A stretch of DNA of 64,000 bases from assembly GCA_047495785.1 (NCBI GenBank), contig JBLDXI010000030.1, positions 1,240,001-1,304,000 of the forward strand, read 5' to 3'. Made by a program: the position numbers and the translations under genes. The stretch comes from Lepidodermella squamata (Eukaryota; Animalia; Gastrotricha). Numbering within the stretch: position 1 is the first letter of the stretch; each line of letters opens with the position of its first letter. The notes below the pieces were generated by a model. It made no database searches and was not told where the DNA came from. It was given only the letters and a program-made list of their open reading frames with translations. This document shows, in pieces, positions 1 to 11,900 of the stretch.

Positions 1-414
1 TGCAGTGGTGAATATGATGATCCGATTTCACAACATTAAATAATAGAATTAGAATCCATGGTTTGCGCGATTTCAAGTTGATGAATTATTTCGCTAATTA
101 CAAGTTGGCAGCCGACACAAGGTAGAGATTGATGCCGAGAAGTACGAACACCGCTACCATGAAAGCCATCACGTCGTATACGCGAGCGAGAGACAGTTTT
201 GGCAGACCCTTCAGCGGAACAATCTGCTCGTATTTGCCAGTTTTGTCCCGCGAAGCCACCGCCGATAACACGATTTCGTAGATGAAAATAGCCGCAGCAA
301 GGCCAGCTAGGCACAGCATGTAGTTGGCGAATAGAATTTCATGGCTGGTTTGCGGAACGCTGGCCAGGACGTTGGCTTGAGCTACTGTAAGTGATAACAA
401 CAGAGTGCAGCAGA

Positions 415-753
415 CATTGTGTTTCAAGTAGTAAGTAGCACTTTGACCGGCGCGCTGATTGGTCAATTTATTGTTGCTATGACTCCGGGATGAAACAATT
501 TAGTCGTGCAATCCACTAATAAATTGTTTCTTATTTATGCAAAAAATGACCTTGCCACACCCTCTGCACGGTTTCCATTGACCACGAGCGTAAACCCCAT
601 AATAATCGTAGCAATTTACTGCGGCAAAAAACACTTGTTGCAAAAAATTTAATGGATCGCACAACCAACATGTTTCATCCGGGAGTCATAGCAACGATCG
701 ATTGACCAATCAGCGCGCGCCCAGAAATTCTACTATTTAGCTCAAGCACAATG
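415..753. mobile_element. MITE, 339 bp, ~110-bp imperfect TIRs (CATTGTG...CACAATG), 3-bp TSD AGA
   Basis: AGA flanks at 412-414 and 754-756. Removing the element plus one TSD copy restores DRPAICCTLLLSL, which aligns without gaps to the paralogue's DRPSFACTILLSI. Confidence 0.85.
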
Positions 754-2030
754 AGATTGCTGGACGGTCGCTTGTCGCCGGGTCCATGAGGAAGGTTGCG
801 AAGGCCAACACAACCAGAATGTAGCAAGGGATGATCAGGTTCAACATGTAGTAGGCAGGATCTCGTCTGTAGTACAGGGTGACCTATGAGGCAAAAGGGA
901 AATTTACTTAAAGTATTTCTCTGGAACCCTCAATGGAACCCCTCGATTCGTTTGGCTGCGCCAAACTCACTCGGGTTCCAGGTCGGGGGGAAATTATATT
1001 TCTCCATGGCGTACTTCATAGGTTAATTCACTCTCACGTACCTTAGCAAAAGAGAGCTTCATATTTCGCCTCGTTCGCCACGTCAAAGTTCCAAGCGTCA
1101 TGTTTTGCGACTTGAGGTTCCAGACGCCAGCGGATAAACTTGTCGACGTTTCTACAACCATGCCGCCAAAGGCTACGAAACTCACTGGCTCGTCGAGTTG
1201 AAACGTAAAATCACACATTTGCTCATCGAATGGGAAGAGTGTCAGATCGAGCTTACATCCAGCGCGGAACACGCCAACTCGGTTCTAGTGGAAAATCAAC
1301 GTTCGATTCGGCTCGGTTGGATAGTAGACAATCTCCAACTTATCACCATACACAGGGTTGGTCAGGTAGAAATCAGTTGTTGAATTGGCGAATATGACAG
1401 AAGGCCGCCATATATCGGTTCGCTTTGTCTGAACAAGCCTCTCTTTATCATCGCTATTAGGAGCTGTATACGTGCTGTCGCAGGATGTAACAATCCATTG
1501 CAGCATCAAAGCTCCCCACAGGGCCATGCTTTGATCAGCCTGATCTATGGCAACTAGTCGATCGATGAAAAACGTAGCCCAGATTTTGGTACCAACCTCA
1601 GGCACTCTTTGCTGGCTCGATATGTATGGGCACGGCAGGATTTCTTCGATTTGAACTTTGGGCGGCACATTGCCTTCAATAACTGGCGGGATCGGGAACC
1701 CAGTCTCAGGGTCGACATCGGGCGTCGCGCCAGATGGTTTGGTACTTGTTTGCAGTTTCGAGGTGGAAATTGCTGGATTTGACGTAGGAGCAGTCTGAAT
1801 TCCGGTTGTAGTAGGTGGAGGGGTCGTAGTCACCACTTTTGACGTCGATGGGGCTTTCGTAGTTGAGGTACTGGTACTTGTGCTCGTCGAAGCTGTGGTT
1901 GTAGAGGTCGTGCTTGTTGTAGTTGTGGTCGTTGACGGTCTAGGCATTGTTGTATTTGTTCCATTAGAGAGATACCATACATTTCTGAAAATCAAAACTT
2001 TTGATTATCTCACATAGCTTTAGAGGAGGT

Positions 2031-2066
2031 TTAGGATTAGGGATTAGGGTTAGGGTTAGGACTAGG
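2031..2066 (+). repeat. Short degenerate TTAGGG array inside an intron
   Basis: ttaggattagggattagggttagggttaggactagg. Confidence 0.8.
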
Positions 2067-3215
2067 ATTTTGATTTAACTCAGATCCACAAGTGATGTTA
2101 ATTCCACATTTTTGTTACGCAACAATGAATGTGACCCAATAAAAATACATTTTACCTGGGGTTAGCCATACCTAAGAGCCACCTGTGGTAGAATCACCCA
2201 TTCAAATGGTTTCGAAACTCAAAATTTGCACTTTTCTTTTAATCACAACTGTGTAAATCGCGAATAGTTTGTTCCAGATGACACAGTCGAAATCAATCAA
2301 AAAGGGACTTCAACGGCGATTTTTTAGTCAAATTTTATAAATTAATAGAAAAGTGTCTCGAAATGACTGGGATCTTTAGATGGATCTCGGTTTAAGGTTT
2401 AGCCTAACTTAGTAAAACTTGAGGAATATTTAAGTTAGTTTCCAACATACGCCCCAAGGGATTTCAATTTGTGAACCCAGCTCAACTTACATTGAGAGAA
2501 TTGAGATTGAAGCGTTTCCACCGTTCAACCCGAAAATGGTAAGATGTGAAACAATGTCACTTCGGAAGTTCGGCAACGTGTAGAAACAGACATTGGCATT
2601 TTTGTCGGCGGGCAGGCGGCTCAGCGAAAGCTATGAGATTTTAAAGTTTCTTCATTAAGTTATACTGGAAATGCTTCAGAGAGATTACTCTTATGAATTG
2701 TGTTTGGGGGCCTTGAAAGTAAAGTCGATAGCGAGCTACGCCCGATGCATCGAACAGTGTAGTATCACCACAGCCGGGTGCTGTCGAAGTTCCATTGAAA
2801 GGCACTGCTGTTTTTTGCGAAACAGGCGAGCTGATATCGCTACCGTAGAACTCGCCAGCATTGAGCCCTAACTTCTGCCAGTAATATGGCCCAATCGTAG
2901 TTGAGAGGCTGTCATGTATAGTGCCGTTATTCATACTCTCTTCAAGCATAATGAGTTCAACAAAATGCAATAAAAACATTAGACTAGTTAAACCTAATTT
3001 GTTCTGCCAGGCTATCACTGCATCACCGTAATTTTCAAGAATAGGCGTAAATCCGAGCCAAGCTTGCGATCCGTCGGTTTTGTATCGAACTTCAAAGTCC
3101 ATCTCGAAGCGCATTGGTTTGCCCCAGCATTGATAGCCACAAAGCTATAGTCAAAGGCAATAAATCCTCCCTTATTATCGAAGTTGAGTCGCCTATCGCC
3201 TAACGCCTAATACTG

Positions 3216-4430
3216 ACATTTACAACTTCTTATCGATAAAAATTTGAGCCTGAAGCCCTCATGGTTAAAGCATGGTTAAAGTAATCAAAAATGGCAGATT
3301 TTCGCGCCATTTTGTTCCTCCATTCGTATTCTTGCATCGCTCTTAGGTATAGTATTCTTCTACGGCTAAGAACATGAGTCCAGAATGGGCACTCCCAACT
3401 TCGCTTCTGAAGCCTCTTCAGGCAGCTGAAGTGCGCGAAGTTTGGGGGGAATGAGGGGTATCGTACCCCCAGTTCGGCAGGCAAAAAGGGAAAACCCCCG
3501 ACCAAACCACAGGGGACCATTTGGTCATAAAACATGGGCCCGAAAATACCCCTACTTCGAGGATCCTACTTCGTGCACTGTTATGCAATTCTAACGTCAC
3601 TCATCCCATTTTAGATTCATGATCGAGCCTCGTGCTAATGGAACTCAGGCTCACCCATTGAAACTTTCGACCGACTGAAACTCACCCACTATGTGTCTCT
3701 TGAAACTTAAAATGTAATTAAATATTCCACTGCTTTCAGCTGCTAATCGACCACCGTCGAAAACTGCGTTTCGAAATCGAGCCATGACAGTGCGCGGAGT
3801 AGAACTGTCTAGCCGGGGACAACTCGTTCTGCCACTCAACATATGGTCACAAAAAATCGCTCGCGCTCGCGCTGGCTCGCAAACTCCTTCATTTCATCTA
3901 TTTTATTATTTATGTGACAATACGAGCACCAGCGAGCTTTTTATGAGAACGTTGGCGTATTTTTGATGCAGCAAAATGAAGACAATAACGATTTTATGAG
4001 TCAGATGCAACTGCGAGGGCAGCGAGCTTTAGCTGACGATATTTTTGGAAAATGATCACTGAAAAGCGCCTATGGCATATCGTTTGGTTAAGTTAACAAT
4101 ATTTTTGCGCCGCCTAAATGTACTAGAAACTAGAATTTTGTGCTTTAGAAGGCATTTTTCAATCAAAACCTATTGAGGCAATGAAAACGCATTGTTCACA
4201 AATCTGACAATAATCATAGCAATGGTAAAGGCGAGCGAAGCTCCAACTCAGCTCCGTCATTTTTCGCAAAATCAATAGATAAGGGTCTAGGAAATAATCT
4301 CCTGTGTAGTCAACCTGACGCAAGCAAAGGCCGTATTAAGCTTTTGAGGGCCCCTGAGCACTTCTTTCGGGGGCCCTTCAATAATATTCAAGAATTTTAC
4401 CATAATCTTTATTTTCCTGCTGCCGCTTGG
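3216..4430. mobile_element. ~1.2-kb non-coding insertion into an exon of the Cys-loop pseudogene
   Basis: Flanked by the direct repeat AATACTG (3209-3215, 4431-4437). The coding frame VYVLTNASI stops at one edge and protein-like sequence (RRLNFDNKGGF) resumes at the other. No transposase is visible. Confidence 0.5.
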
Positions 4431-6354
4431 AATACTGGCGTTGGTGAGGACGTAGACGCCATTCGAGTTCCAGGAAGTGTCCAAGAACGCATTCGCAACG
4501 GTGTCCGGGATGCTTGCATCAAAACTTCCCATAGTTGAGTGCTGGGTGGGGCCGCCCATGCCGTCAGGTAGTTGAAGCGAGTAGAAATCAGGCGATCGGG
4601 GTATCGTCGTAGTAAGTTGCCACGTATAGCTATATCAATCAACAATCAATATCAGTTTCCCGTCGCACAACAGGAAATGTAATCAACTTACAATTTTCTG
4701 ATCAAAACGTCACCATCCGCTCCGTATATTCCGATGAAATTTGCGTGAATCTCCATCTGGTATAGCAACGTGGCGAAATCCGTAATGTTTATATCAGTGA
4801 AGCAAGTCGCAGCGGGTAGAAATGTCGAATCGGAAATAGGAATAAGGCTCACCTATAGAAAATCGAGTTCTGTAATGTAAAATGTTATGTTTACAGACGA
4901 CATACGTTCAATTTGGAGCCAACTGCCTGAAGAACCATGCGATAGTTGGACGTGCCCGATGCGTTAAGAATCGCACTACTGCCACATCCTGGCTGAGATG
5001 CGACTAAGTTAGGAAAAGGCATTGCGGTGTTATTTGTGCTGATCATGGGCCAAACTGGAGAGTAGTTTGCGTAAAGTTTCCCGCCAGCTTCCAATTTCTG
5101 CCACAATGATAGCCCGAAACCGTATTTCGAAAACGTATTGTAGTCCGGAACCAGATTACTGGTCTTACCTGACAAAAAAAGAATTCCTTTCAGAGTAGAA
5201 GATTGGAATTTTACCGAAAAGGGGGTATAGATAAGGATCCCCCCTTTCCCCTTACATCTCTAAGTTGAGCCAGGAAACAAAACGTAAGGGTCCCCCCTGT
5301 GGTTAGGCTTCGTGCCCTAGGGCTCGATGCAGGGACAGTCCCCCTTCCTCCCCCGCCATCTTCGACACTGATTCCTCTAGTTCGGAAAATTATTCAATTT
5401 TCAAGTCCCACAAAACCGATGTTAATAGAAAACTTACCCAGCTCAATACTGGAGGGTTGAGAGAAGAAAAAGGCAAACCAAGCGCTGGAATTGGTAGGTT
5501 TGTACCGCACTAACACTTCGAATTCAATTCGCAATGGGTACATGTCCTCACTGACGCGTGGCCCAGGCATCATAGTCCCGGCACCCGTTGAACGGCTGGT
5601 GTTGTTCATCGAATTTATCTGATACCCATCGGCCACGGGTGTTATCGAAAAACTTGAAACAGTCGTCACGTTAGCTCTTCCGCTAACACTGCTGTTCGTT
5701 TTATCGAATGAATAGTTTCGAATGAATCGCGGTTTTCCGGCGAAGGCACTTGGGAGTGGCACGAAATCCGTCAAAGGGACAGGTTCAATCAACTGGGTCC
5801 ATACAAAAACTGGAATGGGAAACTAAAAACTGAGAGTTACCATGTCATATTGTACCAACCTGAAGCCGCAGTTGAAACAATAACCAGGAATCTTAACGTG
5901 AAATCTAACTGGAGCATTGCCTGCAAACTTTTTCTAGCTGATTCTGCGACGCAAAACAAAAACGAATAGTTGGGGTCTAATGTGAAAATTTTTTTGTTCC
6001 GCCCTCGCACAGCGACGCCATTAGCTGACTGCTGATAACAGCTAATTGCTGCCCAGGAGTCAAGTCGACCGACGACGCGATACAAAAAAGCTTTGTCTGT
6101 TGTCTCCAATAATTTTATATCGTGCATTCGCGAATTCAGTAATCATGAAGTCGAGCTCAATTCCCCAAATTAGTCCCTAAATTTACAGGTCGAAGTAATC
6201 TTCACAATACAGCATGATATTTCAAGACTCTTCAGTTCCCGAGGGGTGCCTTTCCACTGCAAAGGACATCTATTCAGAGATGCTAGATAGGTACTTTTAT
6301 TAATCAGGAGAGTGAAGTCACCTGGATTCATGACAGAAATAGATCTCAATCAAG

Positions 6355-8718
6355 TTAAGTGAAAATTGAAATCCGTCTATTTTTCCTGAATAACGCCGAT
6401 TTAGTACAAATACCGTACGCAACCACACTAGACGTTGTTATCGAGTAAACAAGCCCACCGTAAGCCATTACGCTCTGCTGCAATGACGTCTGCGTTGACG
6501 GCACAATGAACGACGTCACAACTACGCAGGCGAATGTGAACAGCGAGTTGATGACGCACAGTCGGGCCGTCATAAATTCAGCATTCATCCCAGGCGGCGG
6601 CAGCATGCGTCGAACCTCGTAAGAAAACAACGATCCGAAAAGTAGCAGAAGTCCGTGAATAGCCAAAATAGCGCCTAGCCAATTATCTTGTCCGTTAGAT
6701 TGGCAAAACGCTGTCCCTATGTCATAATACAGATCCTGTGTAGCATCGAATGCAATTCTGGAAACTTCCAAGCCAACTGCCATGGGAGAAACGAGCAGCC
6801 ATGCTGTTAGAATCACTAAGTTGAAAAGTAGAAAAATCACTGTTCCCCAGGTGATGAACACATTTGGCCGCCATTTAAGGACAATCCTGTGAAAGGAGGC
6901 GGTAGAAAGTCTCGAGGCGACTCGATGTTCTGTATTATCTTGAACGGACCCTCTCTTGCTTTCGAAGTGGGACACGCGTCTTTGGCTGTATCTGCGTGAA
7001 TTTCGAGCATGTTGGGTTACGCGGCGCAAGGCGCTGTTCTCCCCGGACAGCTCCATCATTAAAATTCTTGCGAAGGAGTTGCCGTTCATTAGGGACACGC
7101 CAATTACAGCGATTGCAATTCTCGAATTGCACAGGATGACACTTGGGCTGTCATTCAAGTTCAAGGTAACTGAAATCACGCACGCGACATTGATTGTAAA
7201 AGCTCCTAAGAACATGAGGTGATTAGCAACCTTGTCATTATGATCCCCTCCTATGCTTTTCGCATTGATGAACATGAAAATGAACTGGATAAGGGTTACG
7301 GCAATCGCTAGGCCGAGGACAACGTAGAAAGACACGATGGGATACGAGTAGTATCTGCGAACAACTGTTGAGAGATCTTTCGGGGGTTTCTTCGACCTTG
7401 TATTCCACTCGATCGAGCTCAGTTGTTGGATTTGCATTTGATCCCCGAAAAATTCCATTCGATGGGTCAGCTTCAAAGTCCCATTGGCGAACTGAGCCGC
7501 CCAAAATGGCTCAGAGTCGTACTCTAGCCGTTTGGAATAATAGATTCGACCTGTTCTCAGGCCTCGGAAATCCGCTGCAGCAGCGCTTGAGTTCAGAACT
7601 TGACCAACTAACTCTGGTTTCTCCAAAAAGTCTCTTAGTGAAGAGCTGAAATTAGAGTTCAATCGTCGATCAGCCTTGTCTAGGGCCAGAAGTCCCGCCA
7701 TTACTGCATCGTGGCAGGTATGTCTCAGGGCATAATCGAGGTAGCGGCTCTGATTCGTAGCAACATCAAGAGCTTTGTCGAATTCTCGAAAATCATAACC
7801 AAGCTCCGATTTGCCATTCGGAACTACAGCACTGTAGAAAAATCCTACCCAATAGATTATTTTGAACTGCTCAATCAGGACTGCCGTTGGACAGCCAGGG
7901 ATTGCAACGGCGTTTGGTTGGAAAAAAGCCAGGGACGGTATCACAAAAGCGAAATTCGACCCTGTTATACCAGCCTTATAGCTCATACACAACAATTTTG
8001 CAAGCATCACAAGGTTAACTGAGGCGAAAATGACTATTCGGGAGTTCGAGTCTAGAACCTCTTGCAGAAGGTCGTTATCTATGTCCAACACCCCAGCAAA
8101 CATGGTGAATCGAAAGCCGATTTTGATACCCTCGACAAACAAAGCTTGTGACGATAGAACTTCATTCGGTTGTATTAGGTTCGTTATCACTGCACCCTCG
8201 CGCCACAAACCGACATTCCGAGCGAAATAAGCTAAGGATATGATCATTTTCTCAACGGGTGTTGCAATTTTGTACAGATTTGGGTAGTTCTTCCGATCCG
8301 CGGTGAACATTGGGCCGTTGCAACCGATCGCAAATTGAACCATGTTGAGCTCTCGAAAAATGCGACTTGTGGATTGGCAATTCACTACTGTTCCTATTAT
8401 AGCTGGTGAGAGGTAGATTCCAGATGCCATGTAGGCTTCAGAATTCTTCATGTAGCCGTCGTAGAACTGAAGGAACTGTCTCGGAGAGTCGATTGCGATA
8501 GGCCCTTCATTCACAATGCTAACATCGATGTGGTAATCGGGCAAGTACTCGGTTTGATTGTTGAAGAGGTCAACTGTTAACTTTATAGCAGCAGCACAGG
8601 TTCGGCCGTCCATAGTTTCTGGGGCAGGTCGAAATGCAAGCAATTTCAGCACATGAGGCTTTCTAACTTGGGCATCAGCTGCCATCAGGAGAAACGTGAG
8701 TTTCAAAAGCATCTTCAT
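6355..8718 (-). CDS. Intronless orphan class C GPCR, GABA-B receptor type (Venus flytrap + 7TM, no Cys-rich domain)
   Basis: 787-aa ORF with a signal peptide and VFT motifs (LPDYHI, PMFTADRKNYPNLYK resembling GABA-B PALSNRQRFPTFFR, CHDAVMA, ADFRGLRTG, IEWNTRSKKPPKD). Seven hydrophobic helices with TM3/ECL2 cysteines (LCNSR, FCQS) and AWLLVSPM at the end of TM4. Confidence 0.85.
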   Translation of the reverse strand: MKMLLKLTFLLMAADAQVRKPHVLKLLAFRPAPETMDGRTCAAAIKLTVDLFNNQTEYLPDYHIDVSIVNEGPIAIDSPRQFLQFYDGYMKNSEAYMASGIYLSPAIIGTVVNCQSTSRIFRELNMVQFAIGCNGPMFTADRKNYPNLYKIATPVEKMIISLAYFARNVGLWREGAVITNLIQPNEVLSSQALFVEGIKIGFRFTMFAGVLDIDNDLLQEVLDSNSRIVIFASVNLVMLAKLLCMSYKAGITGSNFAFVIPSLAFFQPNAVAIPGCPTAVLIEQFKIIYWVGFFYSAVVPNGKSELGYDFREFDKALDVATNQSRYLDYALRHTCHDAVMAGLLALDKADRRLNSNFSSSLRDFLEKPELVGQVLNSSAAAADFRGLRTGRIYYSKRLEYDSEPFWAAQFANGTLKLTHRMEFFGDQMQIQQLSSIEWNTRSKKPPKDLSTVVRRYYSYPIVSFYVVLGLAIAVTLIQFIFMFINAKSIGGDHNDKVANHLMFLGAFTINVACVISVTLNLNDSPSVILCNSRIAIAVIGVSLMNGNSFARILMMELSGENSALRRVTQHARNSRRYSQRRVSHFESKRGSVQDNTEHRVASRLSTASFHRIVLKWRPNVFITWGTVIFLLFNLVILTAWLLVSPMAVGLEVSRIAFDATQDLYYDIGTAFCQSNGQDNWLGAILAIHGLLLLFGSLFSYEVRRMLPPPGMNAEFMTARLCVINSLFTFACVVVTSFIVPSTQTSLQQSVMAYGGLVYSITTSSVVAYGICTKSALFRKNRRISIFT

Positions 8719-8926
8719 TTTAATGAAATTTATCGAACGACGAACTGCGGCTTTATGTTGAAGGAAAGAAACTCGAGATGGGACTAATTACGCGCGCATT
8801 CTTTTCGACGAAATATCACGAGTTGACTAGTGCATTGCATTTCGCTAATGATATGGACCAAAAACAGACACATCGGTATGAGGAAAATTTATTCAACGAC
8901 GCATTTTTCTAGGAATAATCGAATGC

Positions 8927-11900
8927 TCAATCTTCGGCAACCTTCGGGGGTAGTCCCTGCTTGAGCCTCCTCACGTAGGCGTTAGCCCATTCACGAATAA
9001 GACCCTAAAACACAACAACAGAAATATGAGAATCTCAACGTTGATGAAGCAAATTTCTTACATCGCAATACAAAATTGTGCTCTCCATTTTGTCAAGTAG
9101 AGGCTGAAGCACTTCGTCCCGAACTAGCAGGTAGGAAACCTCATCAGGCGCTGGAGGGATCACCCTAGCATCTCTAGGTACCAGCAACCTTCGGTAGAGA
9201 TATATGAAGATCGACGAGATTAATTTAAGGTTCTCCTTCGATACAGGATCCGGTTCGACCGGGGTGAGGCCGTAATCGACTGGGTTAAGCAAAATCGTCC
9301 ATACTAGGCCACGGGCTAGGAAGTACATAATGATTAGCAGCATCGCCTCTCGAGTTCCAATATTTTTAGTCCTGCCGTTCGAATCGAAACGTAGCAGCTT
9401 CTTTTCGATTGCCCAAAATTCTTCGGGCGGGAATAATTGTCCATCCTTTATCAGGGCGAAAAGATGCGACCTTCGATGGGTACCCAAAACTCCAGCATCG
9501 GGCTGTGGAAAATTGAAAAATATTAAAATTTTGAATACTAGATTTTTGTTAGGAAAAGCAAAGCAGTTACAATGCTGCCTGTGATATGGTAAGTTAGCTC
9601 CAGGATGTAGTTTTCAATTTTCTGCGTCGATTCTTCGATTTGCTCGGGCGTTGGAGGCTCGATAGGATTGCCTTGTTGATCATAGGTTATTTCAGTGGGA
9701 GGAGGCAGGAAGGGGTATAAAGCACGACTCAGATCGTGGCTATCCTCGGCGACGAGTGAACGAAGGTGGTGCAGCAGCGGCTGCCAAGGCTGTTTTTAAT
9801 TTAATTTAAAATTATTTCAAAATTGTCAAAAAAATTCTACTGCTGCCTTGCGCTTCATTCACTCGATCCCGAGAGCCTGCTGAGACAAAGTGCAAAAAGC
9901 AGATTTTTGTGCGATGATTTCTTTTAAGGAGGAGTTTTTATAGAATATGACTGCTAGCCTACCTGGATATAGGTCATTTGAAAGATAATATTTTCAGTGA
10001 GGTAAATGAGCTCTTGCAGGGCCTCAGGCGAGTCACGAAACGCAAGGCGCAAGTCAATTGCATTTGGCGAGACGAGGGTTTGTAAAAGTTGGTACATCTC
10101 AGAGTCAGGCTACAATTGACCAAAAGGCTATCAAAATTTCACTAGTGAAAGTAACTGAAAGCTTACGTCAAGGTAGATGCGATGAACCCCGGCAATAATT
10201 TCGCGAATAATAATTTCAAACGCGATGATATCATCGAATTCAACTTTGTCGGTTTTGTACACTTTTCCTTTCTGAAAAAAATTCAGAATAAATCGGATAA
10301 AATAGACTGAAATGACGCTCACCGTTGCAGCCGAAGCTTTCATGCTTCCGATAAACCACGCAACGTAGAAAAAATGACGCATTTTGATGGCAACGCGGTC
10401 TTTCTTCCACCAAGTGTCGCCAGCGTTCCAGTCAATCTCGCTAACCTTCGCTTGTTGTACCTCTCTGCGGCGATCTGTAAATGATCAAATGTTCATTTTT
10501 GAACTAAAAGTTTGGGATTTTTAAATTTGCAATTTCCCCCGAATTTTATGGGAATTTTCCCAAAATTTTTAGTGTTCGGTGAAACTCGTTAAAGCAAAAA
10601 GTCACGCATGGTCACCTTCATAGCACGATTTATTGGCGAATCAAAAAAAGCACAGCGACTAAGCTAATTATTCAGAGGCAAGCACACATTCTATCACTAA
10701 ATTTAGCCCACAATTTTTTCAGTCCTCTGACTTGCGGCTCTTCATCACTCGTCCTCGTCGCTATCACTGCGCAGATTATCAGCTTCGAAATACTCGTAAA
10801 CTATGTGCGGGACATGGTCTGTTTGTTTATAATAATACAAACAAAATCAGTAAATCATGAGCCTTAATCAACTACACATTAATAACTACGGCCAGAAGGT
10901 GACACAAATGCGTGGGGTTTTTTGCGTTGTTTTTTTTACCACTCACCTTTTGGTAGACTCAGCGGGTCGACCTCCAACGCAGCCTGATCGCCGAATCCCT
11001 GCATCATCGGCGAGCTGGCAGCCATCATCGGAGCAGCCATAGTTACTTCTTTCTTCGAGCTGCGTTTCTGGCTACCGCCGCCAAATGATGGCATCATGAA
11101 TCGATTTGAAGCACTGGCAGATTTCGACGAATTCATTTGCTGCATCTGCTCCTGCATTTGTTGCAGCATCTCCTGTTGTTCCTTCAACTGCTGTTGTAAT
11201 CGTCGATCGGCAGACGACGAGCCTTGGCTCATTTGGGTCATTTGGTTCATGGCCATGTTAGAGTTCATTTGGCCCATGTTACCGTGACCGTGACCGTGAC
11301 CATGGCATCCGTGATGACCTAAAAACAATAAGGATAGACTTAGATTTTTTATCAAAATCCGATAAAATGTGGTCGAACGTGGGAAATCCAAAATATCCCA
11401 TTTTCATTCCGACTACGGTTTTGTACCAATTTTCTGATTCCCAGGAGCACAAATGTGAAACTATCGATTTAGTTGATAGATTTATCTTTTCGGTAGCAAA
11501 GACATAATCTTAGTCCGACCATTCCCAACTCAAAATCTCTACCTTTCAGTTAGAGAGCTCATTATAAGGAAACATACCGTGTCTGTGCTTTTTGCCAGCG
11601 ATCTGAACGATAGCCGGTCGATGGGCAACCGTAGCTTGCCCGCAGTTCGCCAAACCAGGCTGCGGGGCTGGGTTAGTCACAGCACTTAACAGCGCTTGCT
11701 GCATAACCATCTGCTGCATCTGGTAACTCTGCATCATCATCATCTCCATAAGATCCTGGTACTTATCCCCCATTCCTGGTCCTTGAATCGCAGCTATAGG
11801 CTGAGGGGCTGGCTGGGGTGGCGGAGGCGGCGGCTCTGGAATAGCGATAACTGGTACCACAGGTGCCCTTGGTGTTGGTATAGTTGGCGGGGCTACAGTC

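Larger units (their letters stand above)
98..5917 (-). pseudogene. Multi-exon Cys-loop ligand-gated ion channel with a large N-terminal extension (two internally repeated CUB-like modules plus Thr-rich stalk); disabled
   Basis: ATG 5917 begins a signal peptide (MLQLDFTLRFLVIVSTAAS) followed by a phase-1 intron 5859-5810. Two repeats are visible (LRIEFEVLVRYK..WQKL..PGCG..NASG..YR and MRFEMDFEVRYK..WQKL..PGCG..DASG..YR). Then a Thr-rich stalk, the LBD (WRPSV; Cys-loop CKLDLTLFPFDEQMC), pre-M1 RRDPAYY and M1-M4. Lesions: TAG at 1285-1287 where paralogues have Trp, a MITE at 415-753 at the start of M2, an insertion at 3216-4430, and frameshifts near 3115-3210. Confidence 0.8.
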
